DNA of 64,000 bases, taken from assembly GCA_004022145.1 (NCBI GenBank), contig RCNU01000011.1; one strand, written 5' to 3'. Positions 11,660-22,906 of the stretch are shown piece by piece. The DNA is from Paecilomyces variotii. Taxonomy: Eukaryota. The translations under genes were made by a program, and so were the position numbers. The number at the start of each line of letters is the position of its first letter. The stretch's first letter is position 1. Below the pieces are notes generated by a model. The model saw only the letters and a program-made list of their open reading frames with translations, had not been told where the DNA came from and ran no database searches.

Positions 11660-13002
11660 TCCTCTGCTAATAACAACAGAGTTTAGTTATAAACATATCT
11701 ATCTCCACCAATCTCCCCAATGAAGGCCCGACACGATCTGAGCAGGGTTAATAGTACAGACTTCTTCAGACTCGGTCCTAGACCCGCATAATATAATGCG
11801 ACGCACCGCTCCTGGGCCCCAGCTACTAGCAAAGCAGACAGACCTAAAATTCGGGGATACTAAAAAGTTCATCCCTTGTCTATGGTATTATGTCTTTGGA
11901 ATTTTTGGTGCTTCTCTTGTCTCGCTCACTCAGCTGATAGAGACATTAGGAGCCCAATAACAATCTACTTATCCACCGGCCCAACCTAAAGATAATAATA
12001 GGATTCACTGGCTTTCAGACAATGAGCTACTCGGCGGTGCTGTTGGCCACCACATTGGAAAGATATCTTGTTCACCGATGCTTATCGTCACGAATACCCT
12101 TTTCGGGAGGCAGACACTATCCCCCCCGGCACATACCTTACACCTCAATTCGTGTTTACAGAGGCAATACGATATCTGGATGATGTCTATATAAAAGAGA
12201 CCTGTGTACAGACTATCGGATGACCGCCTCGTCTGGCACATGGGGCAATACAGAGAGCTGACGCTACTTAATCGGGACCTGTTTCTTGGCCAATACACGT
12301 CGTCACGCAAGGAGCCAAATGCGCATATTATACCATTATCACTGGATATACCCATGGTTGTTGTTGTTGTTGTTGAGAGTGGTTTGTTGTCCAAAATGGC
12401 AAATAAAAGTATATCTTCTTATTTAAGTAACTGCTTTTGGAACTAATTTCTAACTAGTTTAGAATGCTGTCGTGACAAGGAGATATGTGAACATTTCAAG
12501 TTGTTTGTGCTGAAGTTAGAAAGAGACCACAAGCAAGCCAGCGACTGGCTCGATGCCTTTGCAGAATTCGGGAGAGTATCTTCAGTCCGTCAAGAGGTCA
12601 GACAAACCGGGTACCAGGAACCTGGGGGTATTCGAGATTGCGTTCTATCAGCAACATACGGTCTGTCGACTCTTGGTGGGAGGAAGAGACTTCGGGGGAG
12701 AGCTCAGAAGTTGAGTAAGCTAGGTCTTTTTTATGGGCGTTATGATGGGTGGCTTTTCTCCGCTGCAGTGGATAGATAATACCCAGGTGCACCAGGTTCT
12801 ACTAGTTAACAACTAGTTAATATTTGATTGACTATTTATAGAGTGTTGAAGGCTGCGAGACGAGATCTATTATGAATTATATTATTTATCTAGGAAGAAT
12901 AATGCTACTATGACGAAATAGCTTTTGGGGAATCTGTCAGTATGTATAGAGTAGAGGACAAAAAGAAAAAAAAAAAAAAAAAGAAATATCATAAACAGGC
13001 CA

Positions 13003-14838
13003 CTACGCGGCGGCCATCTCGATTTTCTTGCCCTTGACAGAAATCCACTGGACGGCGGAAGCACCGACGAGCGAGATGCACGCCATGGCGACTGAAACGT
13101 AGAAGGTGTGAGTGACGGCAGCATTGTAGGCGGCAAGCACAGCTGGGAGAAATTGCTTCGGGATGAGAGATTGGATCTGTGTAGCGCCGGTACTGACGAC
13201 GATAGCCGGGTTCAAGCCGTCGATATGAGCCGCGGTGACCTTCGACACAAGCTGGTTCTCGAACACGCTCTGTGCCACGGAGATAAAGAGGGCACCGCCG
13301 AATGTCTGGGAGAACATGATGATGGCCGTGCCGACGGGGACATCCTTCGCATCCAGGGCAGCCTGCACGGCTACCATACTCTGTTGCATGCCAAAACCGA
13401 CGCCGGCACCGAAGATGATCTGATATCCGATCCACTTCTCATGCGGAGTGGTCACGTCGAATGTCGACAGCATGGCTGCGCCAACGGCCATCAGCACTGA
13501 GGAGAGCAGCATAAATGGCGTGTAATAGCCAACATATGTAACAAGACCTCCGGCGATCATCGACATGATCACCAGTGTGAGAATCGTCGGCAGATTCATG
13601 ATACCGGATTTGACAGCGGATGCAGCTTTGATCGCTTGAAACCAGATAGGGAGATAGTAGACCATCACAAAGAAGGCGGCGCCTAGCGATGCCGCGAAAA
13701 GGGAGCACGCCCACACATTGCGATTCATGAATACGCGGGGTGGCACTGTCGCCCTCTCCTGCTTCCAGATCTGCACGCCCACGAAGCCGGCGATGAGGAC
13801 ACCGAAAAGCACGAATAGCGCAATGATCCGCCCATTATGCCACGGGTATGTTGTGCCTCCCCACTGCAGCGCCAGCAGCAGGCACACGACGCCAGGGATG
13901 AAGAGCGCGGTGCCTTCGAAATCCAGCTGACGCAGTTGCTCTATGAGAGTCAGGTTGCTCTTGACCTTCTTGCCGGGAGTCTGGAAAAAGAAGATAATAA
14001 AAATCGCGGTGACGGCACCGAAGGGCAGGTTGATATAGAAACACCAACGCCAGGTGACTCTGTCCGTGAAAGCACCGCCCATGCTATATAGTCTTATTAG
14101 TGGTTGCCATTGGGGAGACCTGGGAGCTATGGTGAAGCGACTTACAGAGGTCCTGCCACTGACGCAATGCCGTACATACCACCGATCAGACCCATGTATG
14201 TCGGACGCTGGCGCAGAGGCACTGTCCGACTGATGATCAACATTGCGCCGGAGAATATACCCGCAGCGCCCAGACCGGCCACCGCACGGCCAAGAATCAG
14301 GCCGAGTGAGGTTGGTGTAATACCGCAGACGAAAGATCCCAGCTCGAAAATGAACAGCGCGACGAGAAAGGTCCACTTAATCGAGTAGAAGGTGTACAGT
14401 TTACCAAAGATAAGCTGGACGGAGCAGGTGGTGAGCAAATAGGCGGCTCCATACCAACCGACGTCGTCCAATGCGTGGAACTGATCAGTGATTCGGGGGA
14501 TGGCAGTCGCGATGATTGTATTATCCTGTCTTCGTCAATATCCCGTCGTCTGTCGCACGACAGTTCATCGACAGACTTACCAAAGCCATACAAAACACCG
14601 ACAAGCACAGCGCAATCGTTATCAGCGCCAATCGCCAACTCGAGGGATATTCCTCCTCTTTCTCCAGCGCATCACCATCGTTGTTCTTCTCCGCTGCTGC
14701 GCCGGCATCACCAGCATCTGTAGAGACATCCTGACCTGAGTGTGCTGACTGTATTGACGGTGTTGACTGTGTTGTCTCGAGCGGCCCCGTCTTGATATCC
14801 ACAGAGGATCTCTCTGTGGAACCGTTCTCCGCAACCAT
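13003..14838 (-). CDS. MFS DHA2 (14-TM) toxin/drug efflux pump, AflT/GliA-like, 3 exons
   Basis: Introns 14526-14580 and 14084-14145. Motifs [47 protein letters not shown]. Confidence 0.93.
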
Positions 14839-14992
14839 CCCAATATTGTCGTCCAGGTATCCGGGAAACGCGGGGGACCAGATAATCAGAGAATTAATAA
14901 TCTTCCGACGACATCCAACTGGTTAAATAGTCGAATAGTTAAAATATCCCCAACTGTTGCCTGGGCCTGTCACGTGCCGCAGATCGACCGCT

Positions 14993-15040
14993 CGGCTGAA
15001 AATCCGGACAAAAATTCGGACCAAAACCCGGATGGAAAAA
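14993..15040. promoter_or_regulatory. Four CGG triplets at exact 12-bp spacing, putative Zn2Cys6 binding array upstream of the MFS gene
   Basis: CGG at 14993, 15005, 15017 and 15029 with A-rich spacers, 155-195 bp upstream of the MFS ATG. Confidence 0.55.
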
Positions 15041-15167
15041 GCCACGATTGCTCTAGAACGCTGTATGCCCTCTAGAACCATGTCTTTAGTCGTTCCAGCA
15101 GCGTACTGTATAGTCCTAGGGCTGATTTAGGTTCCCTGTGTGTGCTGCACCCTGGCGCCGACTTATT

Positions 15168-18100
15168 TCAAAACGCCCACTGCTTCAACCAGTTATCCAT
15201 CAGCTGAGGCCCAATAGGTCCCAACGATTTCATCGTGGCACTAGCTTCGATAGTCTTCCTGACGTCCATCGGGGCTGACATGGCCTGGTTGTGGAACAAA
15301 CTGCGGTAGAAATCCAGCAGCTTAAGGGCCGGTAATCTGGCGACGTCGTCGTCTGAAGGATGCTCAATCTTTTCGAGGTCATTTATCCATTCAGAAGGGT
15401 CAACGGCTTCCACTGCGTAGTGTTTTTGGACCGGGGCGATAAGAGAGGTCCAGCTTGCAGCGGAAGGATTAACGAGGTGGAATACTGCGCAACGGTGGTC
15501 TGCCTGCGTGTTGCGGCGCGTTGCCACTAGCTCCAGAGTGATCTGGGCGAGTGTATCCTGATCACGATTCGGTAACATTAGTACAGTAGTTCAAAGTCGA
15601 CGGGCCGATTGTTGTTGACTCACCACTGGGATCCAGTCAATGGGCATATTACCCAGATTGCGAGGGAGTTTCCCAAGAGTTTTCGACGTAGCGATCAACG
15701 TAGGCAGCCATTCTTGACGGTTCCATTGACCGTCTTTAGAAGTTGGTCCTGCAATTTGTCCCACGCGATGGATGGTGGTTGGAACCCCAGCGCGAGAAGA
15801 AGCCTCGTAGCAGATGCGTTCGCCAACATGCTTGGACTCACCATAGCCCTGTGGAAGAACAACCGTGCTGTCTTCTATGGGTTCTTCTGGAACTGTTGGC
15901 CCATGACGAGGCTGCCAATTGCCAATTGTCCCCACAGAAGAAATAAAATGAATGTGGGCATGGTGTTTGCTCTTCAAGCAAAACCCTATCAAGTGATATA
16001 CGCCTCGAATGTGAGTATTCTCGAACGAATCTACAGAGTGGTTGAAATTCACCATCCACGCGTTGTGGATTATTGTGTCGACGGATCCCAGCATCTCTTC
16101 ATATTTTCCGTTTTCTAGGCCAAAGCTCTCTTCGCCCAAGGATACCGTCAGGAACTCTATTTTCGAAAGGTCAAGCTTGAGACCCTTGTCGCGAAAACTT
16201 TGCTCCTGTCGAGATTTCGCATCCGATCTGTTTAGACAGTAGACTTTGACAACGCTGCTATCGTTGACGAGCGAGTGAAGGAGATAACTGCCAAGAGATC
16301 CCGTCGATCCTGTTAAAATAACGGAGTGTTTACCAGAAATAGAAGTAACATCCAGTGTCTGTTTTGGAAGATCTGCGGTGTACTTCTTCACTAGAGTGCT
16401 GATTTTCTCTGATCTGACGGTCTCGTCATGCGCATCGTCGGCTTTATCGTTCACAGCGCTGTGTACAAGCCGAGAGAGCTGTTCCACCGTGGGATTCGTG
16501 TAGACTTTCTGGGGGGTAATAAACCCATACTGCTTCTCCGGAAAACGGAACTGCAGTGCCGCTCGGATAATTCGAGCTATCTGGATCGTCTGCAGAGAGT
16601 CAAGGCCTGCGCTATAGAAGTCCTCCTCATCTGAGACTGGTTTTTCCAATGTCTTTGAAACCAGCCCTCTGATGTACTCCCTTATTCCGGCCTCGTCCAG
16701 AGCATCGGGGAGCCCGCCGTGATCCTCGTTCCCAGTTCTCTCATATATCGTGTTGATCTCTGGTTCGTAGTCATTGTTGACCAATCGCCGCTGCGTTGTT
16801 CCCTTCGGCGTTGTCTTGAACGGTTTATCCTTGGAGGCGATTCCGATATAGGTTTGTTGAATTCTCGCATGAGCAGGACCGACGTGGTTCGCCTCTTCGA
16901 CTGTTGGCCATATTTGATTGATCAGATCAGCAACGTCGTTTGGATTCGACTCATCGCCAGCCCACAAGTTCCAGTTCGGCTCTATTAGAAGAGCCGAATG
17001 AAACCTTTTTGTACCAACAACCAAAGCCCGCAACACCAGAGGATGTCCTTCAATGATCTTCTCCATTTCCACAGGATTGAACTTTTCGCCATTGCTAAGA
17101 ACAATCACATCGTCCAGACGTCCGTGGAACTTCCATAAATTCGGTCTTGTCGGATGCGGAACAAACAAGTCCTTCGTATGATACCGCTGTATGTCGGGAA
17201 AAGTATAAAAGATACCTTGGTACTCGTAGTTCTCCTTTCGTGGAATGACCAGTTCATATAGATTTTCACCGTCACCAACGGGTTCCATTTCGACACCGTA
17301 AGATGGGTTCCATTCAAAGTACCCCCAATCCTCTCTATGGAGCGGAACTATGTTCGATATAAGACCGATCTCACTGGTACCGAGGGCGGTGCGAAGGTTG
17401 GTGATTTTTGATATCTTGTCTCCGGCTTCTGGGGCTAGAGGAGCTCCGCCGAAATAGATTTCTTTCAGCTGGGATAAGATCCGAAGTGCGTGAGGATCAT
17501 GGCTTGCTTCTTCCAATAGAGACGGCGGGAGGAGAGCCGCTGCGGAGTGTGTAGCCTCGATGGTATCTAGGATAAGGCCAGTGGATATGGGCTTATCAGG
17601 TGCATAAGCAAACCGACGGTCATGAAATATCGCACTCATAAACGTCACCAGTCCCATAAGATGGAAGAAAGGACTGGGTGATAAGACAAGATCATTGGAA
17701 GTGAGATGGAACCATACTGAGCCCTTCCGATTCGGTGGAAGGGGGAGTGTAGATTGTCTGTCATAGGCGGCCACAAACCCGTGAGTTAGGGGTACCGGCT
17801 TCGGCATTCCTGTCAATTGCGTTATTAGACGCTTTCTCATGGTGCTATCTATGAAGCCCATAAGTGCTGAGAGACCAACCTGTTGTTCCAGAACTGTGAA
17901 TAATATAACAGACCTCATTTTCCGCCTCTTCGTATGTCTTTCTGAAAGGATAGACTGTTGCATTGCCGGCAAGCATCTCTTGAAGGGAGGGAACTTCTAG
18001 CGCTTGAAGGCCTGGAATGGCGTTCTTGAGATCCAGCATTTTCTGCTGTCGTTCTGCTCCGTAAACCAACTTGGAACAGCCTGTAGCTTTGAAGAGGTGA

Positions 18101-18494
18101 CGAAACGCCTCGTCCGAGTTCCTCGTCGAAGGAAGAAAAGGCTGTATATATGTATAAGAGTTAACATCCGGGTCCTCTTCTCTTCACTATTCTGGACACA
18201 TGCCTTGTAGCCTGTCTTGTTGCAAGCAACGAGAAAGATGAGATATCGAATATCATTGGCCGCTATATAAGCCAGTGTCTCAAAATGGGAACTGCGGCCG
18301 ATGTTCTTCTCGATCCACCAAGAGGTGTAATTGATCGCTTGAGCCAGTTCCCCCATGGTGAAATCGCGAAACCCGTCGGAGACCTGAGTCCCCTTAGGGA
18401 TCACGAATACCTTCCTGTCGGGCTCTCGTTGAGCAGCGTCATCGATAGCAGTGGCCAGCAGCCTTCTGCCAGGTTTCTGAGTTTGGCGCGTCAT
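15168..18494 (-). CDS. NRPS-like carboxylic acid reductase (A-T-R), 4 exons
   Basis: A domain IIHSSGTTGMPKP and GRLDDVIVLSNGEK; T domain DFYSAGLDSLQ; R domain ILTGSTGSLG and GYGESK. Introns 18142-18203 (GC-AG), 17810-17879, 15558-15623. Confidence 0.92.
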
Positions 18495-19248
18495 CTGGAA
18501 CAAGGGGCTGACAACAAAATAAGAGACTCGGACAAGCACAGTCGACTAGAGGAGGCCCTCGAATATTGTGACCGTTGCGAGATCAATTTTGTCCATATCT
18601 TGAAGCCAAACACCAGGGTTTTATACTTTTTATGAACAGAGAGCTGGAGTCGATCTGCAATTATCCCCCGCATCACGGGGGGGTAGATTCTCCTCCAGAT
18701 ATGTAGAGTATCGATGCACGGAACTGATTTATGAAACGGATAGTTGGAATGATGTCGAAGCAACTTATTTATGAAGAGAATCGGCGGAATAAAGACTCAG
18801 CATTATGTCGCACGTCCATGATCTGCGCTCCTTGCATGGGCCTTATTCTCCTGTTGCCAACCATCGGAGGCACCAAGGGGGGAGCACAACCAATAAAAAT
18901 GGTGCCCATAGTCGAGAATAAACAGGGTTGAGGGCATTCGGCATATATCCAGCGATCCACTTCGCATCGCAAGAAAGACGCTTTGCCTCGGTGTTCACCA
19001 GGTCGCTGGTTGCCGCTACTGCCGGCGCGAAGGGCCCTTCGCCTCCACAGAAGACCCTGCAAGTGATTGATTCGCACCATGCTGCTTGTCCATCCTTGTG
19101 GTGTATCCTAGTGTTTTGTTTAAGGTGTGGTGGTTCTGGTTGTCTGTGGTAGGCAAGTAGGTTAGTACACCCGGGGAATCCGATAATTATGATCGAAAGC
19201 TTGTTATCGCCTTATGAAGCACAAAACGAGAAATAATCTCAACAATTA

Positions 19249-19330
19249 GACAGTATGGCCGAGTGGTCTAAGGCGACAGATTAGAAATCTGTTCTCTTCG
19301 GAGGCGTCGGTTCAAATCCGACTGCTGTCG
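19249..19330 (+). tRNA. tRNA-Ser(AGA)
   Basis: Acceptor stem GACAGTA/TGCTGTC, A box TGGCCGAGTGG, anticodon arm ACAGA-TTAGAAA-TCTGT, long variable arm, B box GGTTCAAATCC, downstream T run. Confidence 0.95.
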
Positions 19331-19659
19331 AATTTCTTTTTTTCTTTTTCGGATTTTTTTATTGCAATCAGCCAAGTCAAACCCAAATAATTACCGCTAA
19401 TTTCTTAGCGATACATGGCGTGGCTTAAGTATGTACCTAGTGTATTAATTATTCCATCCACTGCAGTTGTCTCAGTGTGCAGATCCGTCACGCCTGCAAA
19501 AATCTTAACGCCAACCTGGAAGCGAAAATCACGCAAAAGTAGAGCTCAAGGCAAGAGCTTCATGTATTGTAGTCTGCTCAGTGAAACAATTAAAGTCCCT
19601 TCATAGAGGGATGCTTCTCCCTCTACGAGGACTAACTTCCGCCCAAATCGGTTATACGG

Positions 19660-19782
19660 GATAGTTATCTCTCGCATCATATCTTATCAATCTTTCCCGA
19701 GCGGGAGCTAAAGGAATGGCGGGGCTGGGACAGCATCTGCCGGTATCGGTGTTATGGCATCAATATCATTATCGCGAGATAA
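19660..19782. promoter_or_regulatory. GATA-site cluster upstream of the siderophore transporter (possible SreA-type iron repression)
   Basis: GATAG 19660, TTATCT 19665, TTATCA 19684, TTATCG 19769, AGATAA 19777. Confidence 0.4.
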
Positions 19783-20262
19783 CCAGACGGTGAGATCCAA
19801 CCATCTAAGACCTGGCAAAGGAGAGAGATGCGTTGAAGAACGAAATATCCCATCTGCTATGTAACTTAGTTACTCGAAGCCGCTTCCCATCATGCGTTGT
19901 CTCTGGGATTCCAGGAAATAAGGAACTACGTTGATGACATTCTCGATATGAACGAATCCCTGGCGAGAATAACAATACGGTCAGAGGAAAAAGCAAACAA
20001 CAATGAAGAACAATAACAGTTGCCTCGCAAGGTCTAGTGTTCGACAAGTCACGCGCAAAACCGCTAAGAGTTACCCCGCTGTCACACGTGGACAACTTCA
20101 GTGTAATATATGAAACAGTGACTTCTCAGCTCAATCCCTCAGGTTTGATTTCATGTCGTCCTCCCCTCAATCTCTTGTTGTTTTGTTTATTATTTGTCCG
20201 ATCAATCTTCTCAAAACCTACAGTCAAGCATTGCCACCTTGCGATAGACCTGAACCCCAGCA

Positions 20263-22050
20263 ATGGAGGTCATAGATAACACAATAGCACAAGATACGGA
20301 ACATGGCGCATCCAAGACTGCTACAGAGACCGCACCCCTGCTGGGCAATGCCAATGACACCGGAAATCTCGCAGATGATAATAATAACTCGACCTCCCCC
20401 GATGCCACCGCTGAACCCTCAACTCGCCTATCGAACAGAGACCGAACCTCCATTTTGATAGGCATCCTCATCATCGGCTGGGCCTTTGGGTTGGATAGCC
20501 TCGTCAGATCGACATATCAATCCTACGCGGCCTCCAGTCTCGGCGTTCATACGCTCTTATCCACGATCAATGTCCTCCGCAGCGTCATCGCCGCTGCCGT
20601 GCATCCCGCCGCATCCAAGATAGCCGATGCATTTGGTCGTTTCGAACTCATCTCCGTCTCCGTGGGCTTTTACATTATCGGAACCGTCGTTGAGAGCACA
20701 GCTTCGTCAATAGAGGTCTTCATCATCGGAGCAGTCCTCTACCAGATCGGCTACACCTGCGTCGTGTTTCTCGTCGAGGTTATCATCGCCGATATCACTT
20801 CCATGCGCTCCCGGGTCTTTTTCAGCTACATCCCTGCAATTCCATTCTTGCTCAATGCCTGGATCAGCGGTGCCCTCGCCTCAGCCGTGCTGAGAATCAC
20901 AGACTGGCGTTGGGGCATTCGAATGTGGGCATTCATCTACGCCGCCGCTGCCGCTCCTCTGCTCATCGCCCTATATCGAGCTGCTCCTCTTCGCGGATCT
21001 CGCGAGACCAATCGCAACCACAGTCCATATCTCCTCATTCGTCTCCGTGACAAAACTGTCGAAATAGGCCAACAGCTGGACATCATCGGCGTCAGTCTCA
21101 TGGTCTTAATCCTCACTCTCATCCTCACCCCCCTTACCATAGCCGAGGGACAAGTCTCCAAATGGCGCAGCGCAGACATCATCGCCCCCTTAGTCCTAGG
21201 CTGTCTCTGTATCCCAGCCTTCATATACTGGGAAATCCGAGGAGCCCGCCAGCCTTTCATCCCACGATACCTCCTCACAGACAGCGGAGTCGGAGCCGGT
21301 CTTGCGGTGCGATGTCTCCTGAACTTCGCCTGGGCCGTCCAAGGAAACTATCTCTACACCGTGCTCATCATCGCCTTCGACTTCTCCATCACGCTCGCGA
21401 CCCAAATCACCGCCTTCTTCACCTTCTTCGGCGTCATTACCGGCGTAATCGTCGGCCTCATCATCTACAAAATACGCAGATTGAAATACTCCATCGTCTT
21501 CGGCACCTTCCTCTTCATGATCTCCTTCGCCCTCCTAACCAACTTCCCCAGCGGAACCACCCTCCACGCCCGAATCGGCATGCTCGCCTCTCAAATCCTC
21601 CTCGGAATCGCCGCCGGCTTCTGCACATACCAAACCCAAGCGTCCGTCCAAGCAGCCACGAAACACGAACACGTCTCCGCTCTCACGGGCGTGTACCTCG
21701 CCTCCTTCAACATCGGCAGCGCACTAGGAACTTGCGTATCGGGTGTAATCTGGTCTGAGAATCTCTTACCTCTTCTCAAATCAAACCTCGCCTTTCAACC
21801 GGATCCCACACTTGCAGAGCAGATTTATCACTCCCCCTTTGATATCATGCCAAGGTATCCTGTCGGAACGGAGATTCGCGAAGCAGTCATAAATAGTTAC
21901 GGTCAGGTAGAGAGATTGCTTTGCGCGACGGGGTTCGTGATTTGTGTCCCGATGATAGGGTTTGCGTTGGCGTTGAAGAATCCGGTTTTATCTACGAAGC
22001 AGAGTCAGCCTGAGGCTGGGAGGGATCATGAAGAGCATGGCACACGTTGA
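20263..22050 (+). CDS. Siderophore-iron transporter (MFS SIT/ARN family), intronless
   Basis: 595 aa with many TM segments. Motifs GLDSLVRSTYQSYA, HTLLSTINVLRSVIAAA..AKIADAFGR, EVIIADITSMRSR, WRWGIRMW. Confidence 0.9.
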   Translation: MEVIDNTIAQDTEHGASKTATETAPLLGNANDTGNLADDNNNSTSPDATAEPSTRLSNRDRTSILIGILIIGWAFGLDSLVRSTYQSYAASSLGVHTLLSTINVLRSVIAAAVHPAASKIADAFGRFELISVSVGFYIIGTVVESTASSIEVFIIGAVLYQIGYTCVVFLVEVIIADITSMRSRVFFSYIPAIPFLLNAWISGALASAVLRITDWRWGIRMWAFIYAAAAAPLLIALYRAAPLRGSRETNRNHSPYLLIRLRDKTVEIGQQLDIIGVSLMVLILTLILTPLTIAEGQVSKWRSADIIAPLVLGCLCIPAFIYWEIRGARQPFIPRYLLTDSGVGAGLAVRCLLNFAWAVQGNYLYTVLIIAFDFSITLATQITAFFTFFGVITGVIVGLIIYKIRRLKYSIVFGTFLFMISFALLTNFPSGTTLHARIGMLASQILLGIAAGFCTYQTQASVQAATKHEHVSALTGVYLASFNIGSALGTCVSGVIWSENLLPLLKSNLAFQPDPTLAEQIYHSPFDIMPRYPVGTEIREAVINSYGQVERLLCATGFVICVPMIGFALALKNPVLSTKQSQPEAGRDHEEHGTR

Positions 22051-22408
22051 ATTTATCATATCTGTTGATCCCGTGCAAGCGAAAAGAGTCTTATCTATTC
22101 CGAAGTTCATCATTCGATTTCGCATCCAGCAACAGCATCGCTGTGGTCAACATATACACATGCAGATTCTACCGCTTCTGTATATATTATTCAGAATTAG
22201 ATTAGATAGAGAAATACATTACATTACATTATATAGAGATTTGTCGCGGTACACAAATAAGAAAATACAGACAGTAATCTCATACTGACTCTACACATTT
22301 TATACAAATTGAGAACATATTTTTAATGTTATTCGTTATTCCATCACTATCGACGTGTATGAGTATCGTTGCTATCGTTGCCTAAATCCATCCACACTAA
22401 CATCGAAA

Positions 22409-22516
22409 GGAAAGAAAGAAAGAAAGAAAGAAACATAAAGTACTGAAGATACTGTTGTACTGTACCGTACTGTACAAAATTTCCTGCAGATATATATATA
22501 TATATATATATATATA
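22409..22516. repeat. (GAAA)n and (TA)n microsatellites
   Basis: GAAA run at about 22409-22433 and TA run at about 22489-22516, between two convergent 3' ends. Confidence 0.8.
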
Positions 22517-22906
22517 AATGAATACATATACTGCATGTTGTACTCGTTGGCTGTTATTTATCTTGGAAGTGGATATCTGATATCTGGCAAAATTCAAGTA
22601 CATAGAATCTTGAGTAGCCCGCTTTTGGTTTGTGGTTGGGGGGAGGGAGTTGTAAGTAAGTATCGAGGGGTATGAAAGAGCGGTCCGCAATAATCCGTGT
22701 TCGTTCCTCGATTCCAGTGCTGTTATCGTATCAATCTCGCCTGGTAACTCCATCAGTATGGCCGAAACGGCACATGTGTCGTCCTGAGTATTGAGCATGG
22801 TAATCAGCCTGGTGAGAGACCCGATGGGTAGCCGTCGTGACCCGCTCATGCTGGCTATCACCGATCGTTCGAGCAACTGGTGGATACACTTGATGGAAAT
22901 TATCAA

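Noticed and set aside
4100-12800. Intact Starship or other transposon
   Set aside because: No tyrosine recombinase captain, transposase, reverse transcriptase, TIR or LTR recognised; only decayed cargo-like fragments.
22397-22906. 169-aa ORF downstream of the C6 transcription factor
   Set aside because: Runs through TA and GAAA microsatellites in 3' UTR/intergenic DNA.
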